A stretch of 64,000 nt of DNA, taken from NCBI GenBank assembly GCA_022813865.1, contig JALDZX010000059.1, positions 1-64,000 on the forward strand. The letters are read 5' to 3'. The position numbers and the translations under genes are program-made. The notes under the pieces were generated by a model. It made no database searches. It was not told the DNA's origin and saw nothing but the letters and a program-made list of their open reading frames with translations. Source of the stretch: Xylographa opegraphella. Lineage: Eukaryota. Below, one piece after another: positions 50,601 through 63,249 of this stretch. Each line of letters begins with the position of its first letter. Position 1 is the stretch's first letter.

Positions 50601-50959
50601 GGTCTTGAATGGCTACGATGATTAACACGTCCTGAATCTGCTCTCGTCGTCGATGTTGCAGTCATGTATGATCGGTCTCTTGAGGAGCTGCGGCGCGAGG
50701 ATGGAGGCCGTGCAAGGTTAGAAGTTTCGTGATCTCTTCGAGCGACGACTGCAAGAGGTTGCTGAGATGCTGAAGGTGCGCGACCGTGGCTATAGGCCTG
50801 TGAATCGGAGCGAATCGGAAGTTCTGCGGGTGTTGCCGAAGACCTGGCTGCTGAAGATGGAGTCCTCTGCTGTCGTTCAGATGTAGGAGATGTGTACGAT
50901 TGCTGACGCCGCGATCCATTACGCGCGATTGTGGACATTGGAGCTGTTGCAGCAGACAT
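47645..50959 (-). CDS. KIN1: Kin1/PAR-1/MARK Ser/Thr kinase with C-terminal KA1 domain, 3 exons
   Basis: [41 protein letters not shown]1 [29 protein letters not shown]. Confidence 0.95.
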
Positions 50960-51813
50960 CGTTCAGTGGTCAGCTGTTCTTGTCTGCTAAATGAGCCCTC
51001 GTCACAAGCCCCCGAGCGGGCAGTTGCGGTGTGGAGAATAATCGCGGCGATCTGAGTACGGTCGACTTTAAGAACCACTCAAGCTGGATTCCTGATGCTA
51101 CCTCCGGTAGTGCGCAGTGAAAGTATAGTTCACGTGTCGAAAAGGCTGCTATGAAGAAGTAATTGGTAAATGATACGGAATATATGCTTGTCCGGCTCTA
51201 GAAGAACGGTGTACAGGTGGTTGGCAAGAGCTGGCCAAGCGATGCGGTCCTGCCGTCTGCGATACAAAGCAAGGAGCGGCTTGTATAATTTGCAGCTATT
51301 GAAAAGGCGGTTTCGCGTGAGTGCCCAATGTCCAGTTGTTACTTCTGAGGCTGTCTTTGATATAGATATCCTACAGCTGTTCTTATATCGCCGAGCGTTC
51401 CTAGAAGTGATGGCCGGAGCTCAGTGATCGAAATTAAAAAGTACTGTAGGATACGAGGGAACCCAGTCCGTATACGGGTTTCTAGAACTCGATACCACAA
51501 CAGAACACGACCATATCTTTCCCAGGCCCTTAGTCACAAACTCTATGCCTTGCTTCTCGTGTACTCCTTGTTCTTTTCGTTAGATATGCGTCACAAAAAG
51601 CCCGCTGAAAGACCGCAATTTTACTTACCTGCCGCTCGACTCAGCGCTCGTAATACATTACATAGATAGCCTGTATTATTGTATTTTTGGAGCATGGATC
51701 TAAGAAATTGACATCGATTATCACCGCAGGATTTCACATCGTCGCCGCACACATCAACTACGCTTTCTCCGCACGAGTCGAATCAGCGAAGAATATGCCG
51801 TATCTAGCCCACT

Positions 51814-54074
51814 ATGGCAAGCAAACGATCGCGTCAAATCTACGAAGCAGATCTTCCAGCCCACGAGTCGCCGTACGTGGTGTACGGCACCCCACTACCA
51901 CCGGCGGACCAAGATGTTCGTGATGATGGTTCCTATGTACCGATTTGGAAACAGGAGGTCACCGATGATCGTGGGAGGAAGCGTCTACACGGAGCCTTCA
52001 CTGGCGGCTTTAGTGCAGGGTAGGCTTCTTGTACCAACTATATATAATTTCTGTTGATTGCGTTTTCAGCTATTTCAACACTGTTGGCTCTAAGGAAGGC
52101 TGGACACCATCCGCGTTCGTTTCTTCTAAGTCAAGTAAGAAAAAAGGCGTTGCAACTGTACAGCAGAAGCTTGAGGATTTTATGGACGAAGAGGATATTG
52201 CTGACACGGAGGAGTCGAAAAATCTGGAAACTTCGGACTCCTTTGTGGGTCTTGGATCGACCGAAGGGGACTTGACCCGGCAGAGCACCTTTATGGACAT
52301 CCTAAAAGTGAGCGGGGAAACCATGGGAGTGAGATTACTGCGGAGGATGGGCTGGCGAGACGGACAAGGCATCGGCCCTAAAGTGCGGAGAGGGGCAAAG
52401 CTGGCAGATGGTGAAGAGATAGGACTACCTGAGGGCGAAGAAATGCATCTTTTTGCACCTGAAGACTCTTATATGGTATCTTTTGGCTGGAAGAACGATC
52501 GTAAGGGCCTCGGCTATCAAGCAGAAGAACGACTTATAAACAATACAATCGACACCGGAAATGGAGATCTCGATACCGCCGCAGACGAATACCATATCAC
52601 GGAGATATCCAAGTCAATGAGGAGAACCGAAGCCCCACGAGGCGGCTTCGGTATGGGCATATTAAATGACAACGGCTCGGATGAGGAAGACCCCTATCAT
52701 ATGGGTCCCCAGATATCTTATAATCGAGTTGTCAGATCCGATAAGAAGAAGAAAAGGAACGCGGAGAACAGGAAACACCTTGTCACTGCTTCAAATCCCC
52801 TGCTTCGCTCCAAACCTGTCTTCATCTCCAAAAAAACCCTCAATTCAAAGGCCCGCGACCGTCTTCGCCGCGGTCATGATGGTCGTCTTCCTCTCGAAGG
52901 CTTTGTCCTCTCAAGCAAGGGGGCGCCCAAATTCGAGAACGTGTCTATATTACCCACACCTGAAGTCCCCAAAGATTGGAGATCTTCCAAGACTCCAAGG
53001 TCAGCCGCTCAACTTACCAGGGAAACTTCCTTAACATACCAGTCCTTCGCGAACCTCGCCCGATCCTCTGCTCTTAACCCTGCCGCCCGCGCAAATATCC
53101 TAGGCGAAGCGCCCTTGCCCGGCAAATCCGTCTTCGACTATCTCACCCCCACCGCCCGTGCCCGTCTAGCAATCGCGACGCAGAACCCCAATCTACCAGC
53201 CGCCTTAAATGAACCCCCCCCATCAGATTACAAAGCACCTCAGTCGCAGCGAAACCTCGGTCTCGGCTCCATTATCCCTTCTCTTGACACTACCATTGCA
53301 GCCACCGCCCTTGATCGCGGTATAGGAGGCTGGTTGCCCTACGCCGAAGATGCTGCGAAACGTACTCGCTACCGCTCCTTTCTTGAGGTGCATGCTGGTC
53401 TCCGTGAGGGCCTTCCGTCACGGGCTGAAGGCATGAGTACGGATGACTGGGTAAATGAAATGCGAGAGTTCACACACGCGGCACAGATTTTCAAGCCCAT
53501 GAGTGGCAGGATGGCTGAACGTTTCACATCCGGCACTTCTACTACCACGGATTCTGGGGCGACAAGTTCAGCGCCGCAAACAGATAAGGAGACTCTGCCC
53601 TACACGAGTGCGCCCAAGCCTATCGATCCGGCAGAAGAGGCGGCCCGAGTGGGAATGTATGGTCCGCTAACGCGCTCGTCGATGCAGTTCTTCCCCATGC
53701 GATTGCTATGCAAGCGCTTCAATGTCAAGCCGCCAGATCATGTACTGACAGAGCCCGGTGGTATGCCACCTGCAGGTTCGAATCCTGTTGGTGCCAGTGC
53801 GGGTGCTGGGTCCGGGTTCGGAGGAAGATTCCAATCAAGTGGTTATCAAACTTCGACGAAGAGTCTGGAGCTGGTAGGGAAGAAGGAGATGGAAGAGCTG
53901 AGGAGAGAGAATGGGCAGCCATTCGGGGGGACAGAGGCGCACGGTGGCGGGACGATGAGTGTGGTGGAACCTACGGTGGTTAATCCTGAAAGAATCGAGG
54001 CGCTGGAGAAGAAGAGGCCGGGACAAGCGGTTTTCAAGGCGATATTCGGGAGTGACAGTGAAAGCGATGACTGA
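51814..54074 (+). CDS. G-patch domain protein, GPATCH1/TGH-like (DUF1604), 2 exons
   Basis: [46 protein letters not shown]-patch [37 protein letters not shown]. Confidence 0.92.
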
Positions 54075-54332
54075 AAGTAGCTATTGTCAGTGCAAAAGCA
54101 AAGCATCCGAACCCTAATCCCTTGATGCTATTATTTACTCCTCCAGAACGAGAACTGGAAACAATGCAGGACTTGCCAGAGGCACGATGCACGAAGGGTA
54201 TTGATTTTTCCAGCAGCTCAAACTCGCTGTTGCAAAACGCTCGCTCCATCTACTTTTAACACCAAATAGTCCGGATATAACATGCGCGGTGAATGGCATT
54301 CGCTCTCCCAACTATACTATCAAACAATTCCT

Positions 54333-55544
54333 TCAACGCAAGCCAATGACACTCTGCGTAACGGGTCAGCATTCATGGCTTGTAACACAAGTAAAGAGCT
54401 TGTTGGGGATCAGCTCACCATCTCAAGTGTCCAAACGCGTCGAATCCACACTTTCAACCTTTGACCTTCCATACCCTCCACGTTGTCCAGTTCTATACCC
54501 TCCCACCAACACCTCCGCGCCGGCTTTCTCCAAAATAGCAAGAGCTTCTGCGCCATTCCTACGGCATTATTACTTGCAGGATCGTTAGTATTGCCTCGAA
54601 TATCCGTCCGTAGCCGTGCAAGTGCCAGACTACATATCACAGCTTTATTGGGTTCACCTGCGCGATGACCCCACCTATCATCGTTGTTGAAGCCCCTGGA
54701 GAAGTCAGTACGTGTCAAGGCTTGAAGAACAAAGGACGACGCATACCCTGCGGTCAGCATTTCGATGAGGTGCTGCTCCGTAGTGCCAGAGTCTTCGCTT
54801 CGTTTCAAGCCTGAAAAGATACCATCTTGATCAAGCAGAGCTCTTCCAGCCGCCCTTTTGACCTCAATCATTTCCGGCTGTTCAATGTCTGCTTTCGGAG
54901 GTATAGCATAGAAGTCCAGGTCTTCCCTTAGAACGATAATGCCGGCTCGATCCTGAAGCATGTCACGAGCTGAGCCAGCCATCGATGGCTCAATAGCAGA
55001 TGGAGGGTGCGGAATGTTGGGCGCTTCGGATGATGGTGAGGGCGTGCTGGATGGTATGGTCTGAGCAACATTCCGGAAGAATTCGAGCATGTATTGAAGA
55101 GAAACGGGGTCGTACTATGACATATCACTATTAGCGGATATGACAGATTTATATGAGGAAGCTACTGCATACATCAACAGGATATACATCGCCTTCGTGA
55201 AAAGAGTTCATATGTCCATCTGGAAGGAGTCCATTCGGGAAAAGCGATAGAAGAACGAACTCGGGAAGTGTAAGCAGCTCATCCCGAGACAATGTGAATC
55301 TTGTACCCCTGTTTAAATGCTTAGCCGGTCCAGCTGCAGCATGATAAGAAGATTTACCTCAGGTCCAGCGTGATGTGCTCATCGGCGCCCACATCTGCAA
55401 GGTCTTGTCAGTCATGCTTTATGTCACCCCTAGTACTATCGCCACTCCAACTCCTTATATCATACCTCCGAGTGTATTGACCGGCGCCGGAGCTCCTTGC
55501 TGGACCTGAGTGATAATACTGGCGGCCCCACCAGCAGCAGACAT
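54333..55544 (-). CDS. WHI2: Whi2 (BTB/KCTD-like Psr1 phosphatase activator), multi-exon, AUG-initiated form
   Basis: MSAAGGAASIITQVQQG; LRGTRFTLSRDELLTLPEFVLLSLFPNG; IIVLREDLDFY; EQHLIEML; KLLLFWRKPARRCWW..VWIRRVWTLEM|SVIGLR*. Confidence 0.9.
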
Positions 55545-56089
55545 TACGTAGGTAAATCCGTCGAGTGGGCTCGAGCCTTCGGTGTATGGAGGTGGAGGTT
55601 CTCCCTCGTCAACACCTTTTGTATCCCGTGGTAATGCAGCTTTTACCTCTACCTCCGCGGCTGATAGGAAAGTGAAAGGACCGTTGGACAGTGGTGCCGG
55701 CGCGAAGGAAGAAAGGGTGGACGGATCAGGCTCAGTCACACAAGCCTTTGCCTGATCGACGACAGTGTCGGCGGGAGCCGGCGGGAAGTATAGAGATGAG
55801 AACGGTGGCGGTAACGTCGAAGTCGGGCTCGAGGACGAAGAGGGTGCTGGGCCTGGGTAAGCAGGTTCTGGATCAAAGTTTGGTGCGTAGTCCCGTGGAG
55901 CTTCTCGACAGGAACCACTCTCGTCGGCTGGCTGGAACGGAGCACAGGTTTCTCTTTTCAAGACCTCACTATCGGACACGGACGAGCCGTCACTTGAATC
56001 CCGTTTGACCGACAACTTGAAGAGCTTGCTTGCGGCGGATGCTCGTCCTGTATTTCTTGATGATCACAATGTATTATGTCAAGCTGAGT

Positions 56090-56193
56090 TCAGGGCGTCG
56101 ATGTAGTCATTCGTTCCTGTGCCTTCAAGTGCAATTAGGACAATGGCGAAGGTAATGTGCTTTCGTGGTCATGTCCCTTGGTGTGGAGGTCAT
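56090..56193 (-). promoter_or_regulatory. Two candidate uORFs in the WHI2 leader (56193-56125, 22 aa; 56110-56090, 6 aa)
   Basis: MTSTPRDMTTKAHYLRHCPNCT* and MTTSTP* read directly on the minus strand. The transcription start is not known. Confidence 0.5.
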
Positions 56194-57733
56194 TGCTGCT
56201 TGTTCTGTTAAATTGGAAGTTCAGGGAAGCTTATTGACGGCTCTTTCCTTAACAGCGGCTAACTAGGTAGTTGTTGATTCTACGTAGTACAGACTTCACG
56301 CTTGCTAAAAGTAGCAGTGATCAACCATCTGGCGCCGGTTTTGCACTTATCGACTATCGTATCCGCCGTCATCGTGAAGCAATGACTAGAATTCCCGTGT
56401 GTAAACGAAAGGGATGAGCAACACACCATGTCTTCGCTTTATTTCCATCCTACGTCAACTTCTATGTCGCCGTTGTTTTTGTGCAGGAAGTCTATTGTAA
56501 TTCCCGGTGAGGCAAACTATGGACAGCTGGAGGAACATCAAACTTCTGTATTCTGAAATCGTGCGTATATCTACGCCGCTGCTCTCTATCTTCCTCCCAA
56601 AGCTCTTCGAAACCACACGACCGATCAATTGCTAGGGTTTCCTCAATAATAATCTTCTTCCAGGGTCCTTGTTATCTTAGACCTCGAACATCTGTAAGTC
56701 GCTCGAGGGTTACGGCACATAGACATACGTGATGTTACAGTACAAGATCAAGAGGTAATTCTAGTGGGTCGTCTTTTTAGCATTGTGTGCATCCCCGGGT
56801 TTGAAACTGTTTTCCAGACTCTGCAGTGCTTTTGACATACCCCAGTAACTGCACAACCTCCTCTCGGGCATGCAGTGCTTTGGCATTGTCGCCATCTATA
56901 AGATATACCGCTCTAGAACATGAGTTCCAATTATGAATCGGATTTGAGACTGGAGCTCGAAAGGTTTACGCTCGCGCGTTCAATGTTCATCGGCATTGGC
57001 GAGGAGTTTGAGTTACGTTGGTCGCTCGCGGTGTTTCAAATGCCAACCCTGTCGGTCATGATTGGTACAGAGGCTCTTTGCGAACCAGATACCAGATGGG
57101 TAAGCTAAAATATCGTACGCCCCTTTAAATCCTGCTTCCAATGGAAGTCTTGCTCTTTCTCGATCAGGATAGGTTCATGATTGCAATACTCAAGCCTTTG
57201 ACGAAAAAACTGCTAGCAGGTGAGGAAGACTGAGAAAAGATGCAGATTAGTACAGATTAGATAATTCTCAAGCATCAAAGAACGCGGCAACAAGATGCAG
57301 TGGACTTAAAACTTCGATGTGCACATATCCTCCCGGATTTGTTTCGAAACCAATAGGACTAGGATAGCGAAGCATCTCAGTGAGGGTCTGGTCTTGAACA
57401 CGAAAATTCAAGTGAGATTGGAATTGGTTGATCTTTTCGGAAAAGGAGCATGGTACTCCGTACGTACTCCGGCAATATCAATGTCAAATGTTCATCTTCG
57501 AAAGTATAAAACTTCCGCATTAGGGGTCCAGCGGGAAAAAGTGCGCCCGGTATATGGAGGTGCTAGTCTAGCCGTCAGGGCATGGATCTGCGCCGCAATT
57601 CGAGGTCAAACCTCATTCTCTCTCTGTAGCGGCAGCACATATGAATAGATCTCATAGCACAATGTCCTGACTCCTTAAGCTTATCAGCTCATAAGTGACC
57701 ACCAAGTTCACTTCCACAGGACCAGGTGCGAGG

Positions 57734-59016
57734 ATGCTGAACCAGCAGCAGCATGTCTTTTCCCACCAACAGCAATACCAGTCCGACCCTAGTTGGTTGC
57801 ATCAACAGCAATCTCATCACCAGCAGCCGCATCATGGTCACATAAGTCACCAGCACGCCCAGGCTCAAGCCGCCGCTGCCGTCGCGGCTGTAGCGCAACA
57901 GAATCACTACAACCGGATAGCTGCCAGTAACAATAACAATAATGGACACGGGCATGGTGGCCATACTCTCGGCTCTGACACTTCATTGACAAGCGGAGTT
58001 GACAATAATTTTACTGATGAAAATAGGAGAGTTTTGGGCTGGGTAGCTGAGCTTTTGAATGGGAATTCCAGAGAGACCGCCTTGATGGAGCTGAGCAAGA
58101 AACGAGAACAGGTGCCCGAGTTGGCACTGATTATATGGCACTCTTTTGGTTAATTAATTCGTTCGTATTTGCTACCAGCAGCTAACTGTGTTCTTACAAG
58201 GTGTTATGACTTCGCTACTCCAAGAGATCATATTCGTTTACCCACTCCTGAACCCTTCCCAGCTCACTGCTGCTGCGTCAAATCGGGTATGCAACGCGCT
58301 TGCTCTTCTTCAATGCGTTGCATCACACAACGAAACCCGAGGGTTATTTTTGAGTGGTAAGTATGAGGAGCTTCATTATGTTGATATTTTGCTAATACCA
58401 GTGTTGAGCTCATATTCCCTTATTCTTGTATCCATTTCTTAATACTACCTCAAAATCCCGTCCATTTGAATATCTCCGCCTTACTTCACTTGGGGTAATT
58501 GGAGCCTTGGTAAAGAACGACTCTACAGAAGTGATCAACTTCTTGCTCACAACAGAAATCATACCATTATGCTTGCGGATCATGGAGACAGGATCAGAAT
58601 TGAGCAAGACCGTGGCAATATTCATTGTGCAGAAGATACTGCTTGATGATCTCGGGCTGGGATATATTTGCCAGACTTATGAGAGATTCTACGCTGTAGG
58701 CACCGTGCTGAGCAACATGGTTACCCAGTTAGTAGAACAGCAAACTGTACGCTTACTCAAGCACGTTGTTCGTTGTTTTCTTCGGTATTATCAGCCTGTT
58801 CGATTAGTATTGAAAGATCATTTAAACTTATACTCTGCCAGGCTTAGCGATAACGCACGAGCTCGCGAGGCACTTCGCCAGTGCCTACCAGAACCCCTAC
58901 GAGACGCTACCTTTCAGTCTGTCCTTCGCGATGATGCGGCTACTAAAAGATGTCTCGCTCAGCTTCTCATCAATCTCTCCGACAACATTGTCGACACCGG
59001 GAATCAAGGAATGTGA
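57734..59016 (+). CDS. CAF40: CCR4-NOT subunit Caf40/Rcd1/Not9, multi-exon
   Basis: [72 protein letters not shown]; His/Gln-rich N-terminus. Confidence 0.95.
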
Positions 59017-59630
59017 CATTACTCCGACAACATCTCACAGATGTGAAACAATTTTTCGAGGCTAATGTCTTCTCGTCGCCTCATTGAATTTACAGCTCTG
59101 TACAAATATATGCATAGCATCAGCGGCGGAATGGGTCATGTTCCTAAAGATACCAATTTCCTTACATGCACGATCTAGCACACGAGGTTCTGCATATGGT
59201 GGAGGAAAAGTATGCTCATGGATGGCGTTTTCTGTTTATGTCCTTCTACGGTAAGGCATGGCCTTAGATCACCATTGACTATCTGCGGACTCCTAGGTAT
59301 TGTTCGCCGTTACATTGGAGCATTAGGTATCAGGCCAGGATTTTACGCATAGATTAGCGGTGTTACTTTGGCGTTGCTACTATGATGATTCATATGTACT
59401 ATGTGTATAACAAGAAATTTATCGAGTGATCCTAGATTGCTTCAACATACCCGTGGTATAGCTGCCGCTTAATTTACTTAGCAGTCTCAAATGGTCTTAT
59501 ACCATAAAGACAGCGATTCCGACCTTACGAGTCCGAAGTCCAGAAAGCATTCCCAGTCATTAGTTCTCCTCAATTGCCTATTTGAGAATCCTCCGACGGG
59601 TAACCTCATTCTACGAGCCCGCGATCCCTC

Positions 59631-61835
59631 CTACGAGGGCCCATATATCTTCAGATGCTTTACCGGATGAGTAGCAGTACGGTTAGAGAAAGAAGATCCG
59701 AAGGCTCTTGATCGCCCCTGAAGTTCCAATTGAGGCACTCCATCGACTACTGATTGGGAGAGAAGCCACGCGCGAGGAAGATCTGCATACTCGTCTGCCA
59801 AAAGTGCTGTGGGTATGACTACTCTGGTAGGGCGATCGAATGGCAAGAAGATGAGATATGGACCGCCGGCAGCAGAGGAAGTCATTCGCGGAACTGACGA
59901 CAAAATTTGCTGCGACTCCCAGGGTCGGTACAAGCACTTTTCGAAGATATAGTATCCAAACTTCATGATAAGATCGAGCTGAGCCTTATCTTCCACAATC
60001 CACGCGAATGAGTGAACGAAGGTGTCTTTAGAAGCATTATCCCTCTCGGATAGAAGTATATCGACAGTTTGGTGAAAGGCAAAAGACGTACCGCAACGCT
60101 TCATCGAATTCAAGATCCACGAAATGCCACACTGCATCATACAAGCAACAATCAATGTGAATAGATATTTAGTTTTGGTATCCAGGCTGATCAGCTGTCT
60201 CCAATGGTAAAATCTGCCGTGGCGGTCACCAATTTGATGATCTTTGCAACCACTCAGCAAATGCTGGGCTTTTGATATATAATGATTTGACGGACCGTAG
60301 AAATGATGCGACTGACCAAGGATCAAGCAATCCAATTGTACCGTTTCGCTATTTGGACCGACATCGACTGAGATTCGAGAGCTATCAATCATGGAACGCC
60401 CACGTATGTACATATTGTCCTCGTCGTATATCGCCGGCCAGCGTAGCCAAGATTTTGCAGACGCACTATGATCCGGTCGAAAAGGGCTACCAGAGGTACA
60501 CAACACAGCAGGATTGTTCGCTGCCAGCGCAAGGAGAGAAATAACACGGAAACACTCATTGTGGGTAGCCATGGGCTCATCATACCCATCGAAGGATCGG
60601 GCCTTGACAGTCAGGCCAGTGCCGACAGAGTTGAGTACTATAGCCAGCTTTTCTCGATTTGCGTCGATGATTCTCTTGTCTGGAGGAAGCTTAGGATTTC
60701 CACCAGCGTCAAGCATAAAGACTTGCGTGAAAGCATCGAGGTGGTTATTTGTCTGGCCGCGCTTCATTATTGCATCAACAATGCTCATCACCTTTCTCAG
60801 ATTCACTCTAACTGAAGCAATATCTTGGTGATCTGGGAATTCAACCGCTAGACAGATCATATGCATGAGAAAGCTACCGTCGAATCTGAAAACTCTATCA
60901 GGCCGACCTTCGACATGTGTGCATTGTACTAGGAATGCATGCCGTTTACCCATGCGCATCTCATGCGCACACCAAGCTCTAGTGAAGTATTTGGCTCCCA
61001 ATATCTTGTCGTGAAATCTCACTAGAGCACGAAGCGAATCTATATGTGGCGGTGTCTCTCGTAGGCGAGGGAGCCTTCGTGTCTCATCATTCAATTTGAG
61101 GCCGTCATAAGTTTTGATATAGCGTCGTAAATATTCTTCCTCGCCGACATCAATCACGATATCATCCAGAGCAACAATGACACACCGCGCCTCCTTATAG
61201 ATAATGTTCATCAAGCCAATAGCCACTCGTTTCTCGACTTCGTTACTTTGATCGATACAAAACTGGTCGCACCACACCCCCTCAGATTCCGACTCGCGCT
61301 CGCTCAATAGAGCTTGAAACAACGAAGAGTGTATTGGCAACCGACAACCAAGTTCCTTGCCAGCGATGTTTTCGGCAATCTCCCAAGGAACACTTCTGCG
61401 ACTGTTGACTTTCCAACAATAACTTAACGCGACATAAGATGAAATCGGTTGATCATCGTGACATTGTGAATAGAGGCGCATAATCAAGTCATCAACAGTA
61501 TCGGCCTTAATAGAAAATTTTGCAGCGACTTCGGGTGACAACGTCCTAAGTCTATCGAGTGTGGCAGCGTCTTGACCACGATTGCAAGATATTAAGTCGA
61601 CAGACTCCTTTAAATGGGTCTGCTTCGTGACTTCCTTGAGCACGTGCACATCTTGCTGCCGAATGTGGCGTTCACGCACACCAGATTGTTCAGTAAAGAA
61701 GCAATCGCGATTCTCCCTAGATAGGATTGCCAGAGAAATGCCAGACTTCGTCAAAGAGGAATGGAAGCAACGGCTCGTCAGAGGCAAGACCGCTGGCGAC
61801 AACAATGGCCAGAACGCCAACCGCTGGGTCCGCAT
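59631..61835 (-). CDS. HET-domain (heterokaryon incompatibility, TIR-like) protein, apparently intronless
   Basis: YVALSYCW; VWCDQFCIDQSNEVEKRVAIGLMNIIYKEARCVIV; YFTRAWCAHE. First in-frame ATG at 61835. Confidence 0.9.
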   Translation of the reverse strand: MRTQRLAFWPLLSPAVLPLTSRCFHSSLTKSGISLAILSRENRDCFFTEQSGVRERHIRQQDVHVLKEVTKQTHLKESVDLISCNRGQDAATLDRLRTLSPEVAAKFSIKADTVDDLIMRLYSQCHDDQPISSYVALSYCWKVNSRRSVPWEIAENIAGKELGCRLPIHSSLFQALLSERESESEGVWCDQFCIDQSNEVEKRVAIGLMNIIYKEARCVIVALDDIVIDVGEEEYLRRYIKTYDGLKLNDETRRLPRLRETPPHIDSLRALVRFHDKILGAKYFTRAWCAHEMRMGKRHAFLVQCTHVEGRPDRVFRFDGSFLMHMICLAVEFPDHQDIASVRVNLRKVMSIVDAIMKRGQTNNHLDAFTQVFMLDAGGNPKLPPDKRIIDANREKLAIVLNSVGTGLTVKARSFDGYDEPMATHNECFRVISLLALAANNPAVLCTSGSPFRPDHSASAKSWLRWPAIYDEDNMYIRGRSMIDSSRISVDVGPNSETVQLDCLILGQSHHFYGPSNHYISKAQHLLSGCKDHQIGDRHGRFYHWRQLISLDTKTKYLFTLIVACMMQCGISWILNSMKRCGTSFAFHQTVDILLSERDNASKDTFVHSFAWIVEDKAQLDLIMKFGYYIFEKCLYRPWESQQILSSVPRMTSSAAGGPYLIFLPFDRPTRVVIPTALLADEYADLPRAWLLSQSVVDGVPQLELQGRSRAFGSSFSNRTATHPVKHLKIYGPS

Positions 61836-62335
61836 ATAAACCGTGAGAAAATAGGGAGACAACAGAGATATGCATTGATAATGTGAACATATGAAGGATT
61901 GTCTTGGTTATTCTGATGGGCCTAGTGTGCAAGATTCCTCAATACCTTAGGTAGTTATAACAAATTGAACTACTAAAGGTGAGCGGGTAACGCACCGAGG
62001 TCCCAAGGTCAATCATCGAATGGGGTTGTAATTGGGAGGAAACATAACACGTTTTAGATATTCATTTCGTGCAATACCTGTGAATCACGAAGCATCTTGC
62101 TGATTCTCCTGTAATGAAATGACGAAGAGATCGGGACGTGATTCTTTTTCCTCAAATGGTACCTCAAAACGCAGAGGATAGAAGTTTGCTTCATTTGGTA
62201 AGATAAATCTAAATCGATGCTAGTCCTAGCCTAGCTAAGTGGATTTCTGTGTCGCTTAACGCCCACGAACAACGAGTTTGGCTGCGCATCTACAGAATAC
62301 CTCGATTTGAGCATTTCACCTCAAAGTTGACCACC

Positions 62336-63249
62336 ATGAGGTACATACACTCGGAGGAGGCGCTTGAAATCCCTGACAATGGTAAGTCATTATACTAGAT
62401 TCTTTATCCTTATCAACTCATCTCCCACATGTCACTGTAGAGTGAGTAGGCTCAACCGTCGGACTTCAGCAAGATACGAGTAACCTTTGCGCTGTTTGAA
62501 AGCATGCGAACTAAATGAGAATATATAGTCAAGGTCCAGATCAAGTCGAGAATGATTACTGTTGAAGGGCCTAGAGGTATGCGGGCACATCCTCCGTGGG
62601 ATGCAGATAACGAAGTCCCAAGGTTCTGACATTTGCTCCAGGCAAGCTCAGCAAAAATCTTGGACATCTTTCAGTCGGATTCTCAAAACGGGGTAAAAAT
62701 ACGATTGTCATCGACCTGCATCATGGCGCCCGGAAGAACGTTGCAACTCTACGGACTGTCAAGACTCTTATCAACAACCTCATAATTGGTGTCACGAAGG
62801 GTTTCAAGTACAAGATGCGCTACGTGTATGCGCATTTCCCCATCAATGTCAACATCGAGACGAACTCGGAGACTGGCTTGAAGGAGATTGATATTCGGTA
62901 CGTGGGCAAACATCATGTGGGCACTTGGACATATCTACAGAAGCTGATGTGCATCCAGAAATTTCTTGGGTGAGAAGATCGTGCGAAAAGTTACTATGCA
63001 TGAGGGTGTTGAGGTGGAGAGCTCCAAGAACCAAAAGGATGAGTTACAACTCTTCGGTAATTCTCTCGAGAACGTGTCACAAAGCTGCGCAGACATCCAA
63101 CAGATTTGCAGAGTGAGGAATAAGGATATTCGAAAGGTATATCTACGTTCCGTTTACGGTCGTGAATACTCAGCTAACAACAATCTCCTCAGTTCCTGGA
63201 TGGTATTTACGTTTCAGAGAAGGGGAATATCGAGGAAGCCGCATCTTAG
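62336..63249 (+). CDS. RPL9: 60S ribosomal protein L9 (uL6), 5 exons
   Basis: [77 protein letters not shown]. Confidence 0.96.

Noticed and set aside
62382..62447. Stwintron or 1-nt exon in RPL9
   Set aside because: Removing 62382-62440 does not regenerate a GT donor, and a 1-nt exon would frameshift the conserved protein.
1201..63249. Functional clustering of splicing (PRP46, PRP5, GPATCH1-like), replication (ORC1, PSF1) or starvation genes (CPC1, WHI2, VSB1-like)
   Set aside because: The genes are interspersed with unrelated ones over tens of kb, which is compatible with chance in a compact genome.
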